From the sequence record DRR723986_7888: a stretch of 42,472 nt of DNA, one strand, 5' to 3'. The notes under the pieces were generated by a model. The model had not been told where the DNA came from. It saw only the letters and a program-made list of their open reading frames with translations, and searched no databases. This document shows, in pieces, positions 27,075 to 37,648 of this stretch (positions are counted from its first letter, which is position 1; each line of letters opens with the position of its first letter). Both the position numbers and the translations under genes were made by a program.

Positions 27075-28325
27075 TCAGGGCTGGATATAAGCCCGGGGGA
27101 GATCTGGTGACCGGGGCAGGTAGCGGTCCCGCAGCATCGTCTGGCGGCTGCGCATGCTGTCCACCTTGCCACCCAGGATAACCAGGTCTGCCGCAGTGGT
27201 AACTTCCAGCGGATCGCCGCTCCACAGCACCAGGTCGGCAATCGACCCTTCGCGCAACAGGCCGTTGTCGATACCGAAGATGCGGGAGGGGTTGCGGGTC
27301 AGGGCAGCCATCGCTGCACCGTGATCCAGGCCATTTGCCACCGCGTTGCCGGCCATCTGCCGGTTCTTGCGCGCATTGTGACTCGGCGCGCCGGTAAAGC
27401 CGATGGTGACACCCGCCTGCTGTAACAGGGCGGCGTTATCGAGTCGGGCCCCCAGGCTGTCGAAGCCTTCCGGCAGGTTGGCCAGTGGGTCCAGCAGCAC
27501 CGGAACGTCCGCCTCCGCCAGCTGGCTGGCAACCATCCAGGCCTCGGCTCCACCCTGAATTACCGCCTTGAAGCCGTTGCGTTCGGCAAAGGCGATGGTC
27601 TGCAGGATGTCGCTCGCGCGGTCTACTTTGAAAACCACGGTTCCGCCATCAGTAAACCCTTTTAATACCTCGCGCCCCTGGCGGGTGAGGACGGCCTGGT
27701 CGCCATTGCGTGGGGCGGTGCGGGCTTCGGCAACGGCCTGCTCCAGTTGCATCCACTGGGCCGCCCGTGAGCCGCCCGTGAGCTCGGAGCTGCCGCTACC
27801 CAGTACGATGAACAGCACGTTATCACCGATGAAACCGTCATAGCTGCCATCGAGGCGGACCATGCGTCCTTGCCCCGCAATGATCGAGTCGCCGGCGGTA
27901 GCGCCCAGCAGGGTGAAGCCGTAGCCTTCTATCCGGGTTACCGGAACTATCGTCGAATTGGGGTTGTACGCTGTCGCCACGTTGAATTCCGGGCGCAGGA
28001 ACGGTGCGGTCAGACCGGAAATCGTGCTGTCGACAGACGAGGGTTCAAGGTTGACCTCGGACAGACCGATCACCGAGATTCCGGCGAACAGGGCCGGGGT
28101 TACCGGACGCCCGTCGGCATTGATAATCCGGGTGTCGGATTCACTTGAGAGGTCTTTACCAATTTTGCTGATGCGGCCATCGCGGATCAGCAGGTCGGTG
28201 TCACTGAGGATGCCGTCGGGGCCCTGGGTATGCAGGGTCGCGCCCCGTACCAGGATATCCTTGGCAGGGACTGAAACGCTGATGCAGGCGAGCAACAGAG
28301 CGGTGATAAATGCCAGGCGATTCAT
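27075..28325 (-). CDS. Exported amidohydrolase-fold protein lacking metal-binding His residues
   Basis: Signal peptide; DLLIRDGRI, GLLREGSIADLVLWSGDPL; HxH site reads FAGISVIG. Confidence 0.8.
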   Translation of the reverse strand: MNRLAFITALLLACISVSVPAKDILVRGATLHTQGPDGILSDTDLLIRDGRISKIGKDLSSESDTRIINADGRPVTPALFAGISVIGLSEVNLEPSSVDSTISGLTAPFLRPEFNVATAYNPNSTIVPVTRIEGYGFTLLGATAGDSIIAGQGRMVRLDGSYDGFIGDNVLFIVLGSGSSELTGGSRAAQWMQLEQAVAEARTAPRNGDQAVLTRQGREVLKGFTDGGTVVFKVDRASDILQTIAFAERNGFKAVIQGGAEAWMVASQLAEADVPVLLDPLANLPEGFDSLGARLDNAALLQQAGVTIGFTGAPSHNARKNRQMAGNAVANGLDHGAAMAALTRNPSRIFGIDNGLLREGSIADLVLWSGDPLEVTTAADLVILGGKVDSMRSRQTMLRDRYLPRSPDLPRAYIQP

Positions 28326-29680
28326 GGGCGTACCTCCTGCAGTTGTCCAAGCTCGAAGTCGGAGACCGGTTGCAACGCCGGATCCTGACGGTCGTAAACC
28401 AGTGCGCCGTCAATGAAAACCTTGTCGGCCCGGGTGTAGACACTGAAAGGATTGCCGCTCCACAGCACCACGTCCGCCATCTTGCCGGCTTGCAGGCTGC
28501 CGGTCTGGTCTTCAATGCCCAGTGAACGCGCGGCGTTGGAAGTAATCCAGCGAATGGCCCGCTCCGGCGGTATATCCAGCCCGGCACGCTGGCCATAGGT
28601 CATGGCCTTGGCTGCCTCCTGGTTGAGCCGCTGGATACCTTCTGAGGAATCCGAGTGGACGATGGCACAACCATTGTCCGGCCGATCCACCAGCGCGATG
28701 TTTTCCTGGATGCCGTCGTAGGCCTCCATTTTGAAGCCCCACCAGTCGGCCCAGAGTGCGCCGCAGACGCCGTTTGCCGCCAGTTCGTCGGCGATCTTGT
28801 AGGCCTCTACTCCGTGGTGGAAGGTGCCCACCTTGTAGTTAAACTCGCGGGCCATATCAAGGATGGTCATCATTTCATCGGCGCGATAGCAATGCATGTG
28901 GACAATGATCTCGCCACGAAGTACGCCGGCCAGGGTCTCCAGTTTCAGGTCGCGCGCCGGCGGGGTCGCTGAGCCGTCCCCGTTCGCCTGCTTTTGCTCG
29001 TAATCTTCCCAGTCCCTGATGTAACGCTGGGCGAGGATCCACTCCGCCCGGTAGCGGGCCACGTTGCCCATACGGGTAGAAGGCGCCTGCGTCCTGTTAC
29101 CATAGACGCGCTTGGGGTTTTCTCCGCAGGCCATTTTCAGTCCGTGCGGCGCGCCGGGGAATTTCATGTCCTGGTAGCTGTTGCTGTGGACCGTCTTCAG
29201 GGTGACGCCGCGCCCACCGAACAGGTTGGCTGAACCGGGCAGCACCTGCAGTGAGGTTACGCCGCCAGCCAGCGCCCGGGAAAAGCCCGGATCCTGGGGC
29301 CAGACGCTGTGCTCCGCCCAGTTGTCGGCGGTGACCGGGCTGGTGGATTCGTTACCATCCGAATGCGCATTGACCGATGGGCTGGAGTACACGCCCAGGT
29401 GGGAATGTACATCGATGAGCCCCGGCGTCAGCCAGCGGCCGGCCGCGTCGATGAGCTGGGTATTGTCCGGCACCTCGCCGTCACCGACCCAGGCTATGCG
29501 GCCATTTTCCAGCAGCAGGTTGGCCTGGTCGAGACGCTGGCCGTCACCGGTCAGGATAGTCGCATTGGTAATCAGCGTGGTCTGCGAGGGCAGGGGCTGA
29601 TAGGTCGAGGGGAACGGTTCGGAAGCGGTGGCGAGAACTGCGCCCGATAGCAGGAGCAGGGTGGCGATAAGGTGTTTCAC
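28322..29680 (-). CDS. Exported metal-dependent amidohydrolase
   Basis: Signal peptide; TPGLIDVHSHLG, KMACGENPK, HMHCYRADE, FHHGVE, VHSD, GKMADVVLW; GTG start. Confidence 0.88.
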   Translation of the reverse strand: MKHLIATLLLLSGAVLATASEPFPSTYQPLPSQTTLITNATILTGDGQRLDQANLLLENGRIAWVGDGEVPDNTQLIDAAGRWLTPGLIDVHSHLGVYSSPSVNAHSDGNESTSPVTADNWAEHSVWPQDPGFSRALAGGVTSLQVLPGSANLFGGRGVTLKTVHSNSYQDMKFPGAPHGLKMACGENPKRVYGNRTQAPSTRMGNVARYRAEWILAQRYIRDWEDYEQKQANGDGSATPPARDLKLETLAGVLRGEIIVHMHCYRADEMMTILDMAREFNYKVGTFHHGVEAYKIADELAANGVCGALWADWWGFKMEAYDGIQENIALVDRPDNGCAIVHSDSSEGIQRLNQEAAKAMTYGQRAGLDIPPERAIRWITSNAARSLGIEDQTGSLQAGKMADVVLWSGNPFSVYTRADKVFIDGALVYDRQDPALQPVSDFELGQLQEVRP

Positions 29681-29766
29681 GTGAGAGTAACCCTGAGTAT
29701 TTCGAAGGGCGGCGGATGTTAGCAGAATCTTCTCGCCGGGTCAGGTGTGGCTTACGGCCGTTTTGC

Positions 29767-29787
29767 CGCGCCCCGGTCCGGGGCGCG
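29767..29787. terminator. GC-rich perfect inverted repeat downstream of folE (possible terminator or mRNA stabiliser)
   Basis: CGCGCCCCGG-T-CCGGGGCGCG, about 11 nt after the folE stop; no U-tract on the minus strand. Confidence 0.4.
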
Positions 29788-29798
29788 CGATGCCGGCA

Positions 29799-30479
29799 TC
29801 AGCCCAGGAATTCGGCGCGGGTGCTTGGATCAGCCTTGAAGGCACCGCCCAGGGCCGTGGTCCGGGTTTGGGAATTGGTGTCCATCACGCCGCGTGATTT
29901 CACGCAGTAGTGGACGGCGTTAATGGTGACCGCAACATCCTCGGTGTTGAGCAGGGTCTGGAGGGCGACCAGCACCTGCTGGGTGAGGCGCTCCTGAACC
30001 TGCGGCCGCTGGGCGAAAAAGCGCACGATGCGATTGATCTTGCTCAGGCCGATAATTTTGTCGCTGGGGATGTAGGCTACCCGAGCGCTGCCGTCGATGG
30101 TCACAAAGTGGTGTTCGCAGGTGCTCACCAGGTCGATATCGTCAATGCGCACCATTTCCTCAACGTTCATCTTGTTGTCGATGACCGAAATCTTGGGAAA
30201 CTGGCTGTAGTCCAACCCGGAAAAGATCTCGTCCACGTACATTTTCGCGATCCGGTGCGGGGTCTCACACAGGCTGTCGTCCCGCAAATCCAGGCCCAGG
30301 GTGCGGGTGATGTCGGTGAAGCTTTGCTTGATCCGCTGGTATTTCTCGTCCCTGCTCAGGCCAGTATGGATCAAAGGCGTTTCAAGACCGCGGTCCAGCA
30401 GGGCATCGCGGACCATTTTCGCCTCCGCGGACAGGGTTGATGGGAAGGACAGCGTGTTTTCAGCTAGCACGGGTTCCAT
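29799..30479 (-). CDS. folE: GTP cyclohydrolase I
   Basis: [54 protein letters not shown] at 30479 after GGAG. Confidence 0.96.
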   Translation of the reverse strand: MEPVLAENTLSFPSTLSAEAKMVRDALLDRGLETPLIHTGLSRDEKYQRIKQSFTDITRTLGLDLRDDSLCETPHRIAKMYVDEIFSGLDYSQFPKISVIDNKMNVEEMVRIDDIDLVSTCEHHFVTIDGSARVAYIPSDKIIGLSKINRIVRFFAQRPQVQERLTQQVLVALQTLLNTEDVAVTINAVHYCVKSRGVMDTNSQTRTTALGGAFKADPSTRAEFLG

Positions 30480-30494
30480 GGCGATCTCCAACAG

Positions 30495-30523
30495 ATTGTA
30501 GGGCTTGATACGCCCTGTTTCAG
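30495..30523 (-). promoter_or_regulatory. Candidate sigma70 promoter of folE
   Basis: Minus strand CTGAAA-17 nt-TACAAT just upstream of the GGAG RBS. Confidence 0.4.
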
Positions 30524-30621
30524 GAGGCGGATTTCCCGTGTTGGGATTTTTGCCGAGGGCTCAGCCGGGCCGGAGAAGGCTGCCCGTGGGGTAGCCCCGG
30601 CCGGTCCCCCGGAAAGAGGGG

Positions 30622-31413
30622 TCAGGGTCGTTGCAGGAGCAGGGTTTGCTGGGCGGTTCCAAGCAGGCCATGCTCGTCAAACAGCATCGCCGTGGACAGC
30701 CCCATACCATTTGCCTCCCAGCGGGATACGAAGCTCGCGCCGATCCACTCGGAAACGGGCAGCCGGTGCAGGTGGATGGACAGGTCCGGGTTGACGAATT
30801 TGACCACCGAGACGTCGTCGTTGCGGGACAGGGCATTGCCGCAGTCGGCGAGGGGGCACAGACGCTGGAAGGGCGACATGGGCTCGTCGGCAAGCAGCGG
30901 TGGGGTCCGCATCCAGACGGTATTCGGCCCGTGACGAAAGGGCTGGCCTGCTGGTTCACGCAACTCGATGCTGTCAGCGAACGCCGGCAGGCCATGCCCG
31001 CCGTGGATTCTGGGAAATTCTGCCGGCTCAGAGCGATTAAAATCCGGCGATTCCCACGCCGTGGTGGCGATGTCGCCGATGTCGGCCTGGGTCAGCAGCA
31101 GGGCACTGGCAGTCGCGCAGAGCACATCCTTGCGGTCGATCAGGCGCAGGGCGACCGCGGCGACCATGCGGCCCTCGCGGACCACCTCGGCCTCTACCCG
31201 GAAGCCGGCTACCGGCACCGGCCGGAACAGGTCGAGGGTTAGCCGGGCCAGTTGTTTGCCCGGCACCGCCAGCTCCGCGCTGCGCGCGACTGCCGCCGCG
31301 ACCGGGCCGCCGTGACAGGCATCTGCCGACCAGGGACCTCGAGCGCCATCGTTACCGACGTACATGCCCTCGGCGTCGAGGAAGAAAAAAGGCTGGGCTG
31401 GGCTATTATTCAT
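30622..31413 (-). CDS. Acyl-CoA thioesterase-like (double hot-dog) protein
   Basis: ARGPWSADACHGGP, RLTLDLFRPVP, VVREGR, LADCGN, FVNPDLSIHLHRLP. Confidence 0.85.
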   Translation of the reverse strand: MNNSPAQPFFFLDAEGMYVGNDGARGPWSADACHGGPVAAAVARSAELAVPGKQLARLTLDLFRPVPVAGFRVEAEVVREGRMVAAVALRLIDRKDVLCATASALLLTQADIGDIATTAWESPDFNRSEPAEFPRIHGGHGLPAFADSIELREPAGQPFRHGPNTVWMRTPPLLADEPMSPFQRLCPLADCGNALSRNDDVSVVKFVNPDLSIHLHRLPVSEWIGASFVSRWEANGMGLSTAMLFDEHGLLGTAQQTLLLQRP

Positions 31414-31575
31414 GGAAAGGTGTCTGATCCTGTGCTCGGGCACCTGAGTCTGGTTTGTCGGCGCCGGATTGGTGAGAAAGTCGACTATCCTGCAGCCATT
31501 CGTCTATCGTGTGCAAGCGAGAGCTGACGTCTCGCAGCAGTCGGTGCATGGGAATACACGCAAAGGAGTTATCAC

Positions 31576-32598
31576 ATGGTGCAAGCTGCGCCCATTAAGG
31601 TGGGTATCATGGGTTTCGGCCAGACAGGTCGCCAGATTTACGAACTGGCCTCGCGTAGCGGGGATGTGGAGGTCGTTGCCATCGCCGACATCGGCAAGCC
31701 GGATATCCTCCACTACCTGCTCCGGTCCGAAGTAGAGCAACCGGAGCGCCATGAACTCCAGGGCAATTTCCTGGTCAACCCGAATTTCCGCGCGCGGCTG
31801 ATGCGCATCGACCAACCCGCCGAGATGCCCTGGGATGTGTTCGGGGTCGACGCGGTGATTGATTCGACCGGCAAATACCGCGAGCAACGCCACATGCAGG
31901 AACACCTGGACAATGGTGCCGGCCGCGTCCTGTTACGCACCCTGCCGCTGGACGGCATCGACCGTATCGTGATGCCGGGCATCAACGAGGCGGCGATCGC
32001 GCCGGCGGACCGGATGATCTCCGCGGGGTCCGCTACCACCACCGCGTTGTGCCTCCTGCTGCACATTCTTTCCCGTCACTTCAGCATCGAATGCGGCAGC
32101 ATGACAACCGTTCACGCCTATACCTCGGACCAGGTGCTGCAGGACTATGCGGGCAGTGATTTTCGCCGCAGCCGGTCCGCAGCGGAGAATATTATCCCCA
32201 ATAACCATGAGGCTGGTCTCTGGCTGGGCCGTGTGCTGCCTGCCTTCGAGGGCAAGATTCTCACCTCGGCCCTCAACGTCCCCATCCACGAGGGTTGCCT
32301 GCTGGATACCAACCTGGTTTTCCCGGATAGCGCGGTCAGCGCCGAGGACGTCAACCAGGCGGTTCGCGACAGCGCCCCGGACTACCCGGGCATCGTCAAC
32401 GTGGTAGAGGACCCGATTGTTTCCTCCGACGTAATCGGCAATCCGCACTCCCTGTTGTTCGACACCAAGGGCACCATCAAGGCCGGCGACCACACGATCA
32501 AGATGCTGGCCTGGTATGAAAACCTCGGCCACGCGGCGCGCCTGCTGGACGTGGTGCGCCTGTATGCCAGGCTCGACCGCCAACAGGAGGCCGCGTGA
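31576..32598 (+). CDS. GAPDH-like protein lacking the catalytic cysteine (putative pseudoenzyme)
   Basis: Full-length GAPDH fold: GIMGFGQTGR, VIDSTG, TTVHAYT.DQ, RRSRSAAENIIP, PIVSSD; active site reads SAGSATTTAL instead of SNASCTTNCL; AAAGGAG RBS. Confidence 0.85.
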   Translation: MVQAAPIKVGIMGFGQTGRQIYELASRSGDVEVVAIADIGKPDILHYLLRSEVEQPERHELQGNFLVNPNFRARLMRIDQPAEMPWDVFGVDAVIDSTGKYREQRHMQEHLDNGAGRVLLRTLPLDGIDRIVMPGINEAAIAPADRMISAGSATTTALCLLLHILSRHFSIECGSMTTVHAYTSDQVLQDYAGSDFRRSRSAAENIIPNNHEAGLWLGRVLPAFEGKILTSALNVPIHEGCLLDTNLVFPDSAVSAEDVNQAVRDSAPDYPGIVNVVEDPIVSSDVIGNPHSLLFDTKGTIKAGDHTIKMLAWYENLGHAARLLDVVRLYARLDRQQEAA

Positions 32599-33596
32599 TG
32601 AGAGTTGCTATCAATGGCTTCGGTCGCATCGGGCGCTCGGTTTTTCGTATCCTGGAAGAATCCGCCAACATCGACGTAGTAGCGATCAACGACCTGTTCG
32701 ACCGCGAGGCGCTGCGCTACCTGCTCAACTACGACACGGTGATGGGGCCTTTCGGCAAGAGCCTGGCCCTCGAGGATGATGAGTTTGTTACGCCCAAGGG
32801 GCGTACCAGGCTGCTCAGTGAACGCAACCCCGCGGACCTGCCCTGGGCTGAGCTGGGCATCGATGCGGTTGTCGAGGCCACCGGGGTATTTCGTGCGCGC
32901 GAGCAGTTGCAGCAGCACCTGGACGCCGGTGCCGGGCGGGTCGTGCTAACCGTGCCGGCCAAGGACCCGGTGGATTACACGGTGGTGCTCGGCGTCAATG
33001 ACGACGGGCTGGGGCCGGAGCACCGGATCGTCTCCAATGCCAGCTGTACCACGAATTGCCTTGCCCCCATGGCGAGCGTGCTGCACCAGCAATTCGGGAT
33101 CAGCGAAGGCGTGATCAACACGGTCCACGCCTACACCAATGACCAGCGCCTGGCCGATGTGCCGCACTCTGATTGGCGGCGGAGTCGGGCAGCAGCAGAG
33201 AACATCATCCCGACCTCCACCGGGGCGGCGAAAGCCGTGGGTGAGGTGCTGCCCCAGCTCAAGGGGCGCCTGCATGGTATTGCCGCCAGGGTGCCGGTTC
33301 CGGATGGTTCGGTGGTTGACCTGTTCGTCAAGCTCGAGCGCAATGTGACGGTTGACGAGGTCAATGCGGCGGTGCTCGCCGCATCGTCGTCGGATAGCCT
33401 GCGGGGGATACTGCAGTATTCCGATCAACCCATTGTCTCGTCCGACATCATCGGTAATGCGCATTCGTCGATTTACGATAGCAGCTTCAGTGCAGTTACC
33501 GGCGGGCGCTATCTGCGAGTCCTCAACTGGTACGACAACGAATGGGGCTATTCCTGTCGGGTCTGTGACCTGCTGGCCCGTTTTGACAGCTGGTAA
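32598..33596 (+). CDS. gap: Type I glyceraldehyde-3-phosphate dehydrogenase
   Basis: INGFGRIGR, SNASCTTNCL, VHAYT, TGAAKAV, RVP, WYDNEWGYS; ATG overlaps upstream TGA (TGATG); AGGAGG at 32585-32590. Confidence 0.93.
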   Translation: MRVAINGFGRIGRSVFRILEESANIDVVAINDLFDREALRYLLNYDTVMGPFGKSLALEDDEFVTPKGRTRLLSERNPADLPWAELGIDAVVEATGVFRAREQLQQHLDAGAGRVVLTVPAKDPVDYTVVLGVNDDGLGPEHRIVSNASCTTNCLAPMASVLHQQFGISEGVINTVHAYTNDQRLADVPHSDWRRSRAAAENIIPTSTGAAKAVGEVLPQLKGRLHGIAARVPVPDGSVVDLFVKLERNVTVDEVNAAVLAASSSDSLRGILQYSDQPIVSSDIIGNAHSSIYDSSFSAVTGGRYLRVLNWYDNEWGYSCRVCDLLARFDSW

Positions 33597-33602
33597 TGCG
33601 CG

Positions 33603-36242
33603 ATGAGTAATGTCCCGGATCAGTCGCTCTCTGCCACCCTGCGCGCCAATGTCAGTGCGCTCGGTGCCTTGCTCGGTGAAGTGGTTGCGGCTGCCGAGGG
33701 GGAGCCTTTGCTGGATCTTGTCGAGCGCATCCGGGTCCTGTCGCGCTCGGCACGGGACGGCACGGCGGGCGCGCGCGAGGAGTTACTCGAACTGCTGCAC
33801 AAGCTGGAAGACGGTCAGCTGGTGCCGGTGGCTCGGGCCTTCAGCCAGTTCCTGAATCTGGCCAATATTGCCGACCAGCAGCATACCGTATCGCGGGAGA
33901 TGGACCCGCTGAATTCAGCGTCGCAGGCGCTGGCCAGGACCTTCGAGGAACTGCTGCAGCAGGGGGTGTCCCGCGACGGACTGCTGGCCGCGATCCGCGA
34001 CCTGAAAATAGAGCTGGTGCTCACCGCACACCCCACCGAAATCATGCGCCGCACGCTGATTCACAAGCACAGTGAAATTGGCAAGTGCCTCGGCCAGCTC
34101 GAGTTGCAGGGCCTGACCCCGCGCGAGCGCGACCAGCTGCAGGCCAGGCTGCGGGAACTGATCACCCAGATCTGGTTTGGCGACGATTTCCGGATTAATC
34201 GGCCGACTCCGGTGGACGAGGCCAAGTGGGGTTTTGCCGTCGTCGAGGATTCCCTGTGGCAGGCGGTTCCCGAATTTCTGCGCCGCCTTGACCGCGCCCT
34301 GCAGGACCTGTGCGGTGCCCGCCTGCCGCTGGACGCGGCGCCGGTCACCTTCGTGTCGTGGATGGGCGGTGATCGCGATGGCAATCCCAATGTCACAGCC
34401 GAGGTCACCGAGGAAGTGTTGCTGCTCAGCCGCTGGCAGGCAGCGGACCTTTACCTGCGCGATATAACGGCGCTGGTAGAGGAATTGTCCATGACCCGCG
34501 GTAACGACCAGCTGCGCGCCCTGGCAGGTGATGCGCATGAGCCTTACCGCGCGGTGTTGCGGGGTTTGCGTGGCCTGCTGCGCGATACGCTGGCAGCGCT
34601 GGAAGCACGTCTGGCCGGACAGCCGGCGGGAAATGAGCGCCTGTTGCAGCACCGGAACGAGCTGCTCGAGCCCCTTGAGTGCTGCTACCAGTCCCTGCGC
34701 GAGGGCGGTATGGCGACCGTGGCCGACGCGGGTTTGCTCGATCTTATCCGTAAAGTACGCTGTTTCGGGGTGCACCTGGTGCGGCTCGATATTCGTCAGG
34801 ACAGCGATCGCCATACCGAGGCCTTGTCAGAACTGACCCGCTATCTCGAACTGGGCGATTACCGCGAGTGGGACGAGGCACGCCGCCAGACGTTCCTGCT
34901 CTCCGAGCTGGCAAGCCGCCGACCCCTGTTCCCCTCGCGCTGGACGCCCGGTCCGGCAGTGAGCGAAGTACTGGCTACCTGCGCTGTGACCGCCCGGCAG
35001 CCGGAGGAATCCCTGGGGGCATATGTTATTTCAATGGCGCGCCAGCCCTCGGATGTGCTGGCGGTTCACCTCTTGCTCCGGGAGTCGGGGGCGGAACGCG
35101 CGATTCCGGTCGCGCCGCTGTTTGAGACCCTGGACGACCTGTCCCGGGCGCGCCAGGTGATGGACGCCCTGTTGGTCAGCGACTGGTACCGCAGCTACAT
35201 CGATCATCGCCAGATGGTGATGATTGGCTACTCGGACTCCGCCAAGGATGCGGGCAGCATGGCGGCGGGCTGGGCCCAGTACCGGGCCCAGGAGGAGCTG
35301 CTGGAAAGCTGTGCCGAACACGGCGTGGGCCTCACCTTGTTCCACGGCCGTGGCGGCACCATTGGTCGCGGCGGTGCCCCGGCTCATGACGCCTTGTTGT
35401 CGCAGCCACCCGGCTCCCTGCGCAATGGCTTGCGGGTGACGGAGCAGGGAGAAATGATTCGCACCAAGCTTGGCTGGACGTCGCTGGCGGTGAAGACCCT
35501 GGCCCTGTACACCACGGCAATCTGCCGTGCCAATTTGCAAACGCCGCCGGCGCCGGATCCCGAGTGGCGGCGCCTGATGGACATCCTGGCGGAGGAGTCC
35601 TGCGCCGCGTACCGGGCGGTGGTTCGTGGCCATGCGGACTTCGTCAGCTATTTTCGTGCTGCCACCCCGGAGCAGGAACTCAGCAGCCTGCCCCTGGGTT
35701 CGCGGCCGGCGCGCCGGGCCGGGGGAGGTGGTATTGAGAGCCTGCGCGCAATCCCCTGGATCTTTGCCTGGTCACAAAACCGTCTCATGCTGCCCGCCTG
35801 GCTGGGCGCCGGAGCGGCACTGCAGGCGGCGCTGGACCGCGGTGAGGCGGATACCCTGCACGCCATGGGGGCGCAGTGGCCGTTTTTCGCCGCGCGCCTG
35901 TCTATGCTGGAAATGGTGTTTGCCAAGGCCGATGCCGGATTGTCTGCCTATTACGATGAACGCCTGGTGCCCGCCGAGCTGCAGGACCTGGGCATCGAGC
36001 TGCGTCAGCAGCTGGCAAGCGACCAGCAAACGATATTGGCTATCGTCGGCCGGCAGGCGCTGCTGGACGAACAGCCCTGGATCAGGCAGTCGTTGCAATT
36101 GCGCAATGTCTATACCGACCCCCTGAACTACCTGCAGGCGGAGCTGCTGCAGCGCAACCGGGTAGCCCCGCGCGCGGATCTGGAGCGGGCGATCATGGTC
36201 ACCATTGCGGGAATTGCCGCCGGGATGCGCAATACCGGCTAG
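33603..36242 (+). CDS. ppc: Phosphoenolpyruvate carboxylase
   Basis: [49 protein letters not shown]-terminal MRNTG; 879 aa. Confidence 0.97.
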   Translation: MSNVPDQSLSATLRANVSALGALLGEVVAAAEGEPLLDLVERIRVLSRSARDGTAGAREELLELLHKLEDGQLVPVARAFSQFLNLANIADQQHTVSREMDPLNSASQALARTFEELLQQGVSRDGLLAAIRDLKIELVLTAHPTEIMRRTLIHKHSEIGKCLGQLELQGLTPRERDQLQARLRELITQIWFGDDFRINRPTPVDEAKWGFAVVEDSLWQAVPEFLRRLDRALQDLCGARLPLDAAPVTFVSWMGGDRDGNPNVTAEVTEEVLLLSRWQAADLYLRDITALVEELSMTRGNDQLRALAGDAHEPYRAVLRGLRGLLRDTLAALEARLAGQPAGNERLLQHRNELLEPLECCYQSLREGGMATVADAGLLDLIRKVRCFGVHLVRLDIRQDSDRHTEALSELTRYLELGDYREWDEARRQTFLLSELASRRPLFPSRWTPGPAVSEVLATCAVTARQPEESLGAYVISMARQPSDVLAVHLLLRESGAERAIPVAPLFETLDDLSRARQVMDALLVSDWYRSYIDHRQMVMIGYSDSAKDAGSMAAGWAQYRAQEELLESCAEHGVGLTLFHGRGGTIGRGGAPAHDALLSQPPGSLRNGLRVTEQGEMIRTKLGWTSLAVKTLALYTTAICRANLQTPPAPDPEWRRLMDILAEESCAAYRAVVRGHADFVSYFRAATPEQELSSLPLGSRPARRAGGGGIESLRAIPWIFAWSQNRLMLPAWLGAGAALQAALDRGEADTLHAMGAQWPFFAARLSMLEMVFAKADAGLSAYYDERLVPAELQDLGIELRQQLASDQQTILAIVGRQALLDEQPWIRQSLQLRNVYTDPLNYLQAELLQRNRVAPRADLERAIMVTIAGIAAGMRNTG

Positions 36243-36383
36243 GGCGGGTTATTGCGCCGCCTGATAAATGTTGCCCGGTCCTGTTCCCCTGCCCGGTGGA
36301 TGCAGTAGAATCGGTACCCGGTTTGCCAGCCGGCCACTGTCAATCCCTTTTCCCATCAGGCTACCCGCAAGAGGTTGATAATC

Positions 36384-36956
36384 ATGATGAAAACATTCAA
36401 CGCTGTACTGCTGTCCACATTGCTCGCTCTCGGCAGCCAGCTGGCGCTGGCCGACAGCTACAGCGATACCGTGACTGCATTTCGCAATGCTGGCGAAACC
36501 AGCGGCTTCTTTCAAAACGCCTATGGCTACGCAGTATTCCCAACCATCGGCAAGGGCGGTATCGGCATCGGTGGCGCGCACGGGAAGGGCAGGGTCTTTG
36601 TGCAAGGTAACCACGTGGGCAACTCGTCCATGACCCAGGTGACACTCGGTTTCCAGCTCGGCGGCCAGGCCTTCAGCCAGATGATTTTCTTTGAGGATGA
36701 GCGGGCTTTCCGCGAATTCACCACCGGCAACTTTGAGTTCAGCGCCCAGGCGACTGCCGTTGCGCTGACGGCAGGTGTATCGGCAGAGGCCAACACCGGG
36801 GGCGGCACCACCGCCGGCGCCAGTGGCGGTCGCAATGATGCCACCACCGTGCACGGTGGCTACCGCAAGGGAATGGCGATCTTTACTATTGCCAAGGGCG
36901 GCCTGATGTATGAAGCGGCCGTGGGCGGTCAGAAGTTCAGCTACGAATCGCTCTGA
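36384..36956 (+). CDS. YSC84/SYLF-related exported protein
   Basis: Signal peptide; YAVFPTIGKGGIGIGGAHGKG, GFQLGGQ, GGLMYEAAVGGQKF. Confidence 0.8.
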   Translation: MMKTFNAVLLSTLLALGSQLALADSYSDTVTAFRNAGETSGFFQNAYGYAVFPTIGKGGIGIGGAHGKGRVFVQGNHVGNSSMTQVTLGFQLGGQAFSQMIFFEDERAFREFTTGNFEFSAQATAVALTAGVSAEANTGGGTTAGASGGRNDATTVHGGYRKGMAIFTIAKGGLMYEAAVGGQKFSYESL

Positions 36957-37648
36957 GTGACTCCCGCCAGCTGGCGCGCCTGCGCCAGCGCCCCGGCGGG
37001 AACTTCTCCTGACAGGATGACGTGCCAGCACCGGGGCCCATGAGCACCCAGCACCATGTGCATGGCGATATCCGCGGTACTCGACGGACCTGAAATGATA
37101 TTGATACCCCGGGGGCGCTGCTCTGCGGGGATGGCGTCTATTCGCTGCCAGGCATCGTCCAGGGTGCCAAGCAGATCATCCGTATGCACCAGCACGATGT
37201 GGTCTTCCGGCAGCAGATTGTTGGCCGCCGGGTTGGCCTTGCCGGTGTAGGTTACAACACTGCCAGTTTCCACTATCCCGCAGCGCGCGTAGCTCAGCGC
37301 CGCCGGATCACCGTCTACCGCCGTGCCGAAGCGCGGTAGCAGGCCCGCGTCCCGCCAGGGCATGGCGGCCAGGCGCGGGTCATTGCCGGCAACCAGCTTG
37401 TGGCTGCGATGGCGCTGGTAGAGGTAGCGCGCGACGGCTTTGACCGTCTCGGAACGGCTCTGCGCCACATCTACCGAACCCTGGTTGCGCAGCACGTTTG
37501 CCAGGAAGGCGCTGCAGGGTTCCTCGCCGGGTAGCCTGGCGCTCGGTCCGCGGCCCAGAGCCTTAAGTTTCGCGTCGATGGCAGGCGCCTCGCCACTGTG
37601 GCTGGCGTGACGGATGCGCGCAAGGATCTCGGTGCGGGCCTCACTCAT
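36941..37648 (-). CDS. lutC: Lactate utilization protein C (LUD domain; LutC/YkgG/LldG)
   Basis: ARTEILARIR, GIVETGSVV, LLPEDHIVLV, ISGPSSTADI..VLGAHGP; downstream of lutB. Confidence 0.85.
   Translation of the reverse strand: MSEARTEILARIRHASHSGEAPAIDAKLKALGRGPSARLPGEEPCSAFLANVLRNQGSVDVAQSRSETVKAVARYLYQRHRSHKLVAGNDPRLAAMPWRDAGLLPRFGTAVDGDPAALSYARCGIVETGSVVTYTGKANPAANNLLPEDHIVLVHTDDLLGTLDDAWQRIDAIPAEQRPRGINIISGPSSTADIAMHMVLGAHGPRCWHVILSGEVPAGALAQARQLAGVTQSDS

Noticed and set aside
30480-30621. Possible folate/ZTP/preQ1 riboswitch upstream of folE (several GC hairpins)
   Set aside because: No recognisable aptamer consensus, and a candidate -35/-10 lies right next to the RBS, leaving little leader; an Rfam scan would be decisive
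31576-32598. Calling the first GAPDH-like gene epd (erythrose-4-phosphate dehydrogenase) or a pseudogene
   Set aside because: Epd retains the SCTTN cysteine; this ORF is full-length with a strong RBS and no frameshift or stop
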